The notes beneath the pieces are model-generated. The model saw only the letters and a list, made by a program, of their open reading frames with translations. It had not been told where the DNA came from and did not search any database. Shown in pieces: positions 52,134 to 62,991 of a stretch of 64,000 nucleotides of DNA. Made by a program: the position numbers and the translations under genes. Source of the DNA: Amoebophrya sp. A120. Taxonomy: Eukaryota > Protista > Dinoflagellata. Each line of letters starts with the position of its first letter. The first letter of the stretch is position 1. The stretch covers positions 798,722 to 862,721 of the forward strand of contig CAJINV010000017.1 of assembly GCA_905178155.1 (NCBI GenBank). Reading direction: 5' to 3'.

Positions 52134-52617
52134 CCTCTTCGTGATTTCTACCTTTTACAGCGACCAGACGTACAGTACTCCTTCTCGCTCATGATTTTGG
52201 TCCGAGTTGTCGGTGTAGTTTTGGAACAGCAAAAGTTCTTTTGACAGTTTTGGAAGACATAAGCTACCTGAAAGATTTTTTGTATGATGGAAGTACCAGT
52301 AGATGATCTGGAGATAAAGTACGTGACTGTGACACAAGCACAACACGTCTAACTACAGTTAATACTAGCAGTTCCGACTGTACTGTAGACCCAGACATAT
52401 TTGCAATGCATACTCGTCTGACGAAGTCAAGGTCTTCCTGCCAGCACGCATCGAGACCCTTCGACGACGGAGGAGATAGGCCTGGAACGCGAGCTGTAGC
52501 AGCACGATTTATCTCATTTGAATCCGCGACCGCATAATTTTAATTGCCTACAAGGAGGAACACAACAGGGACCATATTCTTTCAAGATTTATTTAGATTT
52601 TTCGTGTGCTACAAAAG

Positions 52618-55600
52618 ATGCCCGAACTGGTCTGCTCGACAATGTCACAGGCGGCAAGCAGCAGCACCAGAAAAGTTCGTGAACAAAAGCAAGTCCCGCA
52701 TGCACAACAAGCACGGCGTAACAATCCGCCCCGCGGCTCTTGCTGCCCAAAGCGCGACATCAACAAGGATGCGGATCCTTTCCGGGCCGCTAAAGAACGA
52801 CGATCGGGGCCTGCGGACGAGTTTGTCTACCCCCCCGAGCCGCAGCAGGAGCAGGAGCTCCATTGGGCCTCTATCGCCTCTGGAGGTGGGGTCGTGGCAG
52901 GGACGCGAAGTTCTGCAACAACAAAACCGAACGTTCCTTTACCCCTGACGGCGCGCGGCCGGGCGATAAACGATGGGAAGGACGCTGACATAGCGTCTGC
53001 ACGCAGTAGAAGGTCTGGGACTGGTAGAGCGGAAGGTGAATCTTCAGCAAGAAGAAGCAGTTTGTGTTTCAGCAAGAAGACGAATCACTGCGCCCCTGGC
53101 GCTGGCAGTGGAAGTCAGCGGAAAGAGTTTCCAGCGGCCACTCTGGTCGTCCACCAGTCCTCTGCAAGTGGGAGTTGCAGGAAGAGAAATGTTGGAAAGA
53201 ACGAGACAAATACATCTTCGGGCAGCTGCGCGACGAAGTACACAAGCCCATCAAATGGAAAGATTTTTCGTGAAAGAACTACACCAAAGTCGTCCTACAA
53301 AGCTGAGGGCGCCTATGTTCTTGACAAGGGCTCCTACACGAGCAAGGGCGACGCGCAGAATGGCATTATGAATGGGTACACCAGCTGCACCGGCGGGGCC
53401 ACGCCGGGTTTCGCGACGCCGCGCTCATCATGCGCCTCGCAGCGCTCCTCGGTTCTTCGTGCAGCCTTTGGCCGCGCGTCTACTTCAAAGAAAGAAGACG
53501 TTGTACTGCACTTGACCAACATCGGTGAAGATCGCGCGGCTGGCCGCCCCGAGAAGATGCACGACTGCAAGAACGCCTCCGCCAGCCACCTCCAGGTAGG
53601 ACGACGGCATCAGCGGGACCACTACGAGCAGCCGCCTGCGAAAGGAGAAGTTGAGCGAGTTAATCCGGAGAACCTTTGGCTGACCTCGGTAGACCAAGTA
53701 AACCACGACCGCGAAAGACACAAGGCGCTAAAGCGGGAAAAGCGACGCCGGGAAAAGCGAAGACAGCTCGAGAAGGACCGGGAAATAGTGCGGCTCTTTC
53801 CACCACCTCCACCGCCAAGGGGAGATGAAACGCCGCGCAGCGACGAGCTGGGCTGCATGTTGCGAGCTGGGCCGCTAGCTGAAGACCAGTTGGACTTGGA
53901 AGATGACGAGCCGCGCCCGCGCCGCATTATCAACCGAAACGAAGATGGAGAACGTCTTCCAGTGCACCATGAGCATGAAGAACCAAGACCCGCGGTTCTT
54001 GGGGTGGAAAGAAACAAAACGAAAACAGTCGATACAAAATCCAGACTGCAAACTTTCCGACAACGGATGAGAGACCTGTTCAGTTGGAACAGCAAACAGG
54101 ATAAAAAAGATGTAGACCAGGGGTACGCAGTAAAAACGACCCCCTACAAGATGAACAACGACGACGGCGCAAACAAAGGGGACGCAGCTGCGCTCGAGCG
54201 CTTTCAACATCTTGACGACAAGGCGACAACAAGAAAAACTAGCAAACGACCAAAGCACTTGCGTGCCAATCTAAAACTGCTGTCTCCTCCGGACGAGGCT
54301 GGGGAGGAGAGGCAACAGGACGTCGCGCCGCAAGAGAGGGTAAGAACTCAACGCAAACAAATCACTAGCCATCATGAGGACCTCCGCAACCGCAGGAAGC
54401 AGGTATATTCCCTGTGCGAGATGGGCGGGCGCAAAAATCGGCGGCAGCAGGAGTGTAGTGCTGTCAGCGTTAGTTGTTCTCAATCTCATCGCAGTCTGCT
54501 GCAGAGGATCTACACCAACATTGCGACTACCCTGAGTCGTGGTGGACACCACAACGATACTAGCACCACGAGCAGGACCAGTTTGACCCCGGAGGAGTTT
54601 TTCCAGGCGACGCCCCTGGGTGCCAGCCGGCCACGACAGCTCGACGATGTGCCTATTGGAGGCGGAAATGGTCGCGCTGATCGTGTGGGGGAATTGAGTC
54701 ATCAACGAGGACCACAGCAGGAAAATAAACGCGTTGCTGGTGCCGGGTCGTGGAACCGATACGCGCACTTGAACGGCGACGCGTTGCAAAGGGAAATCGA
54801 GAAGAGCCGGCGCAGGAATTTCGAGCACATGTATGGCACGGCTCATAATTTTTATGGCGGAAGTAGGAAATCTAGAAGGCAGCTGGAGAAAAGAAGCAAT
54901 GCCGCGAAAGATGATGAACTAAATGTACATCGTAGCGCCACGACAAGAACTTCGGCGGACGGAGACAAGAGAGGCACCGGAGGTGGACGAGATGAGGGAC
55001 GAGCCAACTACTACAATTCGAAAACGAAAGCAAAGAAGGCTCGCCCGGAACAGCACGCGAACAAGGCTCTTTCCAGGGACGAGCGGGACCTGGCCTTCGG
55101 GGAGGGGAGCACGAGGCAACTGATAGGCCACGATAGGATCCATGTAGACAACAGTAAAAGGGTCATGCCCGCCATGCGCGGCGTGGAGAAAAAATCTCAA
55201 GGACCTTCTACGCAGATAAAGCCACGACCTCGAGGTCACTTGTCAAGAACAGAGATAACAAGAAGTACCAGGGTCGCAGAAGTAGACCACGTAAGAATTG
55301 CCGAAACTACTACAACTACACCTCCATCGTCCTCGCCACCTCTCGCGGCATCCACTTTCCAGGTTTTTCCGAGAATCCCCATGGTGCAGTCCTTCGCGGA
55401 GGAGGATAGTTCTTGTTCATCTGCTTCTAGCAGCTACGCAAGCGACGAGGAGGAAGCAAGTGATCAACACGTGGAACATGAAAATAAACCAGACGAAGCA
55501 GCAAGAAGGGCGGGCGATCAGTTCTTTCGTGACGAAAACCGAGCAAGAACTCCTCGTGGTCCACCTCTTACGCGGCGACCAATTCAGTGTGAAATAACTC

Positions 55601-57621
55601 CTGCAGGAGCTGCCAGTGGACGTCGAACAACTGCAAGCGTGCTGTTGCCTGTCAGGCCGGCGGAGGACGGGGAACAGCAATTACGTAAGACCTCCTGCCA
55701 CGTCGAGCTACAGGCTTTAATACCTCCCGAGGATCATCGCGACAAGGCCGCGTCCCGCAGATGTACTACGACCCCAAGAGGAAGAAACACCAACGCTTCT
55801 TTTAGCCCCGCCCAGAAAAAGTCCAGCGAACACCAGCCCGGGACGGCGGCGCGGCGCCCACCTGCTTCAGTCGTGCCCGAAACCGCACCCACGACGGAGG
55901 ACGAGGACACTGGTTGCTCCTCCATGAGCAGCAGTCCTCGAAGGAGCTCCTGTAGTTCGCACTCCCAGAGGACTTGTTCCGTGGTGTCATCGTCGTCAGC
56001 GAGCAACATTGATCGGGAGCAGGATCTTCCCGATCATCCCCACGACGCAGATCATGTTTCGCGCCGTGAGTTGAACCACGTGGGCATGATGACGTCGTCC
56101 CGCGGCCCTGGCGTCAAGATGTCTCATCGTGGGCGTGACGTGACGGGCCAGATAGAAGTACCGACCAGCGAGGATCGTTTCTGTACGCCTTGCGGGCCGT
56201 CGGAAAGTGCCTTCTCGGAGCATACTGGCCAGCCAGTAGTAACTACAGACGAGAATAATGTCGCGGGTGCAGGTAGTAATACAACGGCAGCAGCAGAAGC
56301 TTTTGCTTCTGTGGTTTCAAGGAATAATGTGTCACCGTCCTCCTGCGTTGTAAGAGCTCCAAGAGGCTCCGCGGGCGGAACTACAGGACGAGTGTTTGCA
56401 GCTGCGCCGGTCGTCGTGCAAGGGGAACAAGAAAGAACTTCTTCTGGGAAGACCACACTGTCAAGCAATCTGCAAACCGCACACGACAACGACAAGCAGA
56501 ACCTCGGGAAGGAGTTGTCCACCGGTGCAGTCGTGCCAGCTCACGTAAGCCAAAAATCTTCGACCACCTCAGCATCGGGAAGTAGACAACAAGACGAAAA
56601 TCCTCATCCCGACCGGCACAGCACGAAGATGCGGCTCGACGCAAAAATATTAAACCAACCAGTTGCGCCGGCGGCTCCTTTGCCCTTCGCCGACCTCCCC
56701 GTCGCTGAGAAGCGGAAACTTTTCAGCGGGAAGTGGCTAAACACTTCCCAGACCGGGTTTGAGGACGTGCTGAAAGCTAACGGGGCGAATTTTGTCCAAC
56801 TGGTGGGCGCAAAGCTGGTAAATTACGGTGTCGGAAAGAGCTTTCACGAGTTCAGCTTTTCCGGCGGGGGCGGGGGAGGTGATAAAAGAAATTCTGGCGA
56901 AGAAGTGGAGCAAACGAACAAGAGGTGCAGCACCGGGGGCAGTGCCTCAAGTGCTGGAGGATCTTTTTCAGCAAGAAGAGAAGGCGCGAAAAAGCATCTG
57001 CAGCTCAAGGAGAAGCACACCGGCGGCATTGCGGGGGCACACACTTTCCACTTCACGGTAAGTTTGCTAAGTTTGCGTTGTATTTGGTTTTTTTTTTTCT
57101 TCGCTATGCTGTAGTGCGATGGTGTTGGATCGGTTTTCTACACAATGCATAACGCTTATTTGGCTTTAGACCACCACCAGGACCAGGAGCTCCACAACAT
57201 ACAGTAGCCAGGACCCTAATTTTCACATTCAAATACAAACACTTGGAAAACTTAAAAACAGCTCGACGGTGAAGCGAGGTTGGTCGAGACCTCGATGGGG
57301 TCCCGGTTGACGTCCGCCCAATTCGTGGAGGACGCGCTGGTGATCGAGATGCACGATCCCAAGAAAAAGGGAAGGTTCTACAACATTTCTCGGCGCCGGT
57401 TGCTCGACCATAACCTGCTGCAGCTCTCCTGGGAATGCCATGCGTACAAGGAGGCTGACAAGCACAAAAACGTGAGCTGTGTGCGACTCTGGGAGCGACA
57501 AATAGGAAGTGGGGACGAGGTGTTGATGCTCAAAAATGCTTCTGCACAAGAAGCGACGAGGACCACGGGGACGGCCCGCCCTGGTGTAGTTGGAGGCGCA
57601 ACCGGTAGTAATGCAGCCTGA
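52618..57621 (+). CDS. Very long disordered protein with C-terminal FABP/calycin-like lipid-binding domain
   Basis: FSGKWLNTSQTGFEDVLKANGANF (calycin GxW plus FABP helix-turn-helix pattern) ... FT|LDGE ... RRRLLD ... VSCVRLWER; GT-AG intron 57058-57261 (204 nt). Confidence 0.72.
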
Positions 57622-58910
57622 GAGCGACGTCTTTATGGTCGGACGTAAAAAGCCAAAATAGCATCAACATGATTTCTAGCGGAGCCCGTTTTCACATCAT
57701 GTTGACAACTACAACTGGCGATATATTTCCTCCCCTACGCTACACGTAAGTTAGAACAGCCACTACAATTGCCCTGAGTAAAGTGAATTATGATTATCAC
57801 CACCTCCCTTCTCCTACGTCTACGTCCCCACCCGACTCGTTCTCAGAACCCCAGCAGGCCTTTACCCCTGAGTAGACATCTCTGTCTAGTTGAACTTTCA
57901 CCGTGACAAGATAGAGAAAATTCGAAAGAGGATTGTGGAGAAGGCAAATGGTCTCGGTCTCGCTCCAAACTGCTGCAAGTACTGAATGCTAACAAGGCCA
58001 GTAGAATGAGGGTGCGCACAGCGTCGCGTGAAGATGTTGTTCCATGCGGGATGAAGTTCGTCCTTACTCGTCCATGAAACAACTTGTCGTCATCTATCGG
58101 GTTGTTTTTTTTTCTCGCTTTCGTCCTGTTTCGACTCTCGTTCGTTTGTTCCTTGCCGATAGCTTTTGTCGCGCACTGCTAGCTACTGCTTCCTGTTTCT
58201 ACATTCCTCGGAGGCCTTCATAATTTATTTTAGTGAACACAACGAAGTATTCTGGCATTAGAAAAACGACCTGATGAAGAAGTGTATTATCGTCAAGGGG
58301 AATGACTATGACGCTGATATCTTGTCCTTGTCGTATCGATGTTGAAAAGCAAAAAAAAAATCGCATATAGTAGAGTTGTTGATAAAGTATACAGCTGCAC
58401 CTCCAAGAACAGCTAGGACTAAAAAGAAAGGCTTCAACACTACCGTGCCTGTTTTATCAGAAAAATAATATGCACTCGCATATCAAGATCTGCCCAGCTT
58501 CAGAATCTGCTATTTCTTCATCAGTACCGAAGAAGCTTGCGCCATATTGCTATTTCTTCATCAAGTACGCAAGAGAGGTCCTTATCACGTTTTGAAAGTC
58601 CTCCCAACTTGTCGAACAAGCAAGATTATTCTGATTTTTTACGTGAATATCCGCCCCGTCTCCACAATCCCAAAATTCTCCAGGACCTCTGGTATTTCAG
58701 CCCACAAAATTTTGTAAAAGCAAGCCTAGTTCATCAAATTCAGATTTATCACAAGGAAAAGGAGTATAAACATAATATCGCAAAGCGCATCAAGTTGAAT
58801 TAAAGTTTTAAGACATTGCAAGTCAGACACAAGAAGAAGAACAGTGGCGCTTCGCCTTTCTTTCAATTTAACAAGGAAATTCTAGTATCGCAACCTCCTT
58901 TTCGACGAAA

Positions 58911-60197
58911 ATGGTCCGCGAGAAGGGCGAGGGTGGCAAGCAGAAGACCGGCGAGCGCAAGCGCAGACGCGACCAGGGCCGGCAAGAGTTTGAGGTCGTG
59001 CACGATATCCGAAATCTTAGTCTGGACGAGGAAGAGCAGAAGCGGCTTGTTGGACGAGGTGGGGAGGGTGAAGATAGCGAGAGCGAGTCTGAAGATGTTT
59101 CCGTCTCCTCACCCAGAAAACAGGCCGTGTCATCAAAGCATGTTTTAGGTATTGAATGAATAAACATAAGTAGGTAGTCGTGTTTTCATTTTCTCTTGCA
59201 AAAATTGCGGCTCGTGGTCGATGTGTGCGGTTGTTAATTAATTGGTGCAAATCCAAATTGAGAACAAATTTCATGCGGCGTTTCATGTGCAGCTGCACAT
59301 GCAGATGCAGTTGTAGCACCATAAGATGTCGCTCTAATCATGACTCGCGAATGGTGGTCCTGGTCGTGCGCCACAGCTACAAATATGATGTTCGTTGATG
59401 CAGCCATAGTTTTTGTTTTTTACTACATCTGGTTATAAGTATTTCTGAACCGTTTATGTTGGAATTGAATGACCATTTTGAACAGGAGATGACGACGACG
59501 ACAATTCAGCTGGAAAACTGCAACACGGTGCACAAAACGACTTCAGTGAAGAGGAGGAAGAAGAAAACGAGCAGTCGCAGGCACACCAGCAACGGTCCCC
59601 CTCAAAGAAGGAAAAAACCGATGAGGAAGAAGACAAGGAGAGGGAAAAAGCCGAACGCGAAAGGCTAGCGGAAATCCGCAAGAAACGAGAGGAGGATAAG
59701 GTAGAAACCGCACTGCGTTGTACTGTGCGATTTTGCAGCATCATAAGAAATTGCTAGTATTTATTGTTCTTACCCGTGATAATTATAATACAACATGAAG
59801 ACGAGCATAAAACGATACTAAAAATAAAAAAAATCCAATTGGTGCCCAGGCCCGTCGCCTCGAAAAGGAGGCCGCGGACAAGGTCCAGGCCGAGAAAGAC
59901 GCCGAGGAGAAAAAGAAGAAGAAGGAAGAAGAGAAAAAGGAGGCAGAGAACAGCCCCGAATTGCTCGCTTTGAGGACGGCGTTTGCGAAATTACTGCCCG
60001 AAGTCGGGACAAGTAAGTCGTTGAACCAGCTGAATCAGGAAAAGGACTGCAAGAACCTGCTCAAGCCGCTGCTGAAAAAGGCGACAATCAAACAGCTTAA
60101 CAAGGCGAGTTTGCAGCAAATCACTGCGGGCGCGAAGAAGGACTGGGAAATCTCCACCGGGGATGATAACGTGGTGCATCTGAAACGCTTGCGGTGA
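58911..60197 (+). CDS. PP28/PDAP1-like (28-kDa heat- and acid-stable phosphoprotein-like) protein with C-terminal extension
   Basis: Basic N-terminus, acidic linker, ERLAEIRKKREEDKARR resembling the PP28 RLAxIRKxREE motif; GT-AG introns 59149-59485 and 59701-59849. Confidence 0.6.
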
Positions 60198-61533
60198 GTA
60201 GATTTTTTCCAGACGAAGTTTGCTATGAATTAGGTTTGGCTTGTTCTTTTTCAGGAAACTCTAAAAAGTGCGCATTGTTTTCGCTTCAGAAAAATTCATC
60301 CCAATCTAGTGCCTAATCATGGGTGCGGTAGCGCTTGGTTTCCTGTAAATGCTACGAGTTACATTATTTCTCAACCAGCGACAAAAGTCAGGACCACCTG
60401 GTCCCGATGACTCTGATGCAATCCCCCGCTACTTCTTAGGGCCGCTGCCTGAAGCTTGATGCAGTTTTAAGTGGCCACAAACCCTAGTAGAGGGAGAAAT
60501 TTATCCGGATGTCATCCAGAAACAGAACCACAATCACACAGCAGTTCTTGTTTTTACGACTTTCAATCAACGTCCCGCCGACACGCCTTGTCCATTAAGG
60601 TAGTCGGTCGGTCCTTGCATTCCTTCAAGAAGCTGGTTGTACGCACGACGCTGCTAGTACTCCGGACGTTGCACTAGCAAAAGCTAGTGCATCAACGGCT
60701 AAAATAAATGGGCGAGCGACGAGTAGTACCAGAAAACTGGGTGTTCGTCATCTTTTCGAGAGTGCGAATAAATATCTTTCGTGCCACCTGTCGGATGTTC
60801 TTGCGCTTCAATAAAACTTCAACTTGACGTGGCGGATCTTGCATTAGCACTAGCCTGGTGGTCGTGCAAGAACTGCAAACAGTGCTTTGATTTTTTCGAC
60901 GGCGATGAACTGTACAAGGAACGCAGGATCAACGGGATCGCAGTTTGTTTCGCTCTGCAGGTGCACTGAAGGCATCAAAACAAAGAACACCAACACTTTT
61001 TACAACAAGTAGAACAGATGACGTGCCGCCGCGAGTCAAAGATGATCTTGTACGACGCTGGTGCCAGCAGCACCTGTTTTCGTTCATGCTTGATGCACAC
61101 GATCCTCTCATCCCCGGGAGACGCGCACTCTAGAAACAGCGCGGCACTTTTGAGCGATTTTTGCAAAAAGGTGGAAAGTTTGTTTCGACTTTCATTCGCT
61201 TGGCCTTCAGCAAAGTGTCAATTAGGGGGCACAATAATGATAAAACCGCCGACAAACTAACAAACGAAAAAGGCAAATCGTATTCGCACATTCAAGCTTA
61301 AGCTTACCCTTACGTTGATATCAATTCTCGCAGGACCTCCGTAGCGGTGTGATGTAGATCGATCGACGAGCGAGGAACATATGTATAAGTAAGCTGTCTA
61401 GTGGTTTTGCTAGAAGATTTACTTTTTGGCGAGGACATCACCAGAGATGCAACTCCCTCCTTCTACGCTGTAAGATCGAAACTCTTTCAAAAAATATTCC
61501 AACTCCTATTTTTCCCCTCCCACGCCCTTAAGT

Positions 61534-62991
61534 ATGCCCACAGCCACCTTTGACAGTGAGTACAATGGCCGAGAATTAGAGTTAGAGCAAATTCAGCGAG
61601 AACATAACGAGGCGTTCGAAGCCCGGCGGCAACTTGAAGCGGCGGCGAGCAGAAGTAACTTGAATCCCGACCACTGCAGTACTACGCCACTCCCACCTCC
61701 CCGTGCAGCTCCAGCGACTCCGGCGTCCCAAATAGATCCGGGTCCGTCTGTCTCGCAGCGCGGGCCGAATTCGCAATTCATTGCGAACGACGAGAGTCAA
61801 AAGCCCGGCGGAGCAGTATTGCGCGAACAGGAGATTCTGCAGCAGCAGTACCGGCAACAGCAGATGGCGGAGCAACAGCAGCAAACCTTGGCGCAGCTCG
61901 CGCAGCAGCTGGAACTTACCGCCGACCAAGAACTGCCCGAAACCATGAAAGACCCGGAATTCCAGTCTCTCGGGCCGCTGGTCACGGGCAGGTACTTGCC
62001 GTACTACATTGGGCAGCAAGTGCAGATGTTTGTCCTGATCAGCGAGGACGGGGCGCAGATACGAAGCTTCTGTAGCTCAGAATTCAACCTGGACCCGCCC
62101 GCGCCCGACTCCTTTCAGGGACAGCCGAGAAATAGTACAGCTTTTCTAGAATATGATCGCGTTCATGTTTTTTCAGAGCTTTGCTACGTCATGAAGATGA
62201 ATGGCGCATCCAAATTCACTTTAGAAAAAAAGGAAACTCCTTGCTCTACTCGGAGTGCATGTTCTTGGAAGTGGATAGTGTTTGACTATGACTATGATGA
62301 AAATTGTGACACTTCTAGGTTTTGCGATTTGCACTTTGAAAGTTTGGATTTACATTCCGCACATACAACAACTACAGAGGAGCACGTCTACAAAGCGGTA
62401 TTCCGCGTGAACGATGGCACGTTGACGATTCTGCCCGACCTCCTCAAGCCAATAGACCTCGGCCCCCCTGTATCCTGTGGAAAAACGTCCCCACCCCATG
62501 CATGTCATGCAAATATATCTGCTTCAACTGCAACGTCCCTAGCTGTAGTTAGTAGGGACTCCCTACTAACTACAGCGTTTGTTTCTCATGCACCGCCCCA
62601 ACATTCTCTGTTGCTGTTTTGGAGCTAATGCTAAGATTAGGATTAGGTGTAGGTGATCTGATTAATAATTTAGGATGCGACTGTACTTGCTAAACACTAC
62701 ACGATGACGCTGCGAGCTGCCCGTCAAACGAACCTGTGATGCGCAACACCCAAAGTTTCTTGGTTTGTCTATAGTGGAAAATACTCCAGCATCTTGACTC
62801 GGGTGTGGGGACGTTTTTGCGCAGGATACCCTGCGGGCGTCATGGCACACGCGCAGGAATGGCACAAAGTGATCGATGTGTCCCACTCAGAGCCCGAAAT
62901 CTATAACACTTTCCCGCACCTGCGGCAGATCCAGGACCAAATAAACAGAGGCGCCCACAAACTGCCGGCGCTCGCAGCGCCGGTGGTGTAA
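61534..62991 (+). CDS. Divergent RPA3 (replication protein A 14-kDa subunit)-like OB-fold protein with Gln-rich N-terminal extension
   Basis: PLVTGRYLPYYIGQQVQMF and C-terminal helix WHKVIDVSHSEPEIY resemble the RPA3 N- and C-terminal patterns; introns 62120-62377 (GA-AG) and IE16. Confidence 0.5.
62471..62828. mobile_element. Introner element IE16 (TIR family B), 358 bp
   Basis: tatcctgtggaaaaacgtccccac / gtggggacgtttttgcgcaggata; TSD ccctg (62466-62470; 62829-62833); same TIR core as IE8. Confidence 0.92.

Noticed and set aside
57664-57705. 10-bp hairpin (tcaacatgat/atcatgttga) just downstream of the FABP-domain gene
   Set aside because: A single short IR with no TSD or TAY terminus; could be chance.
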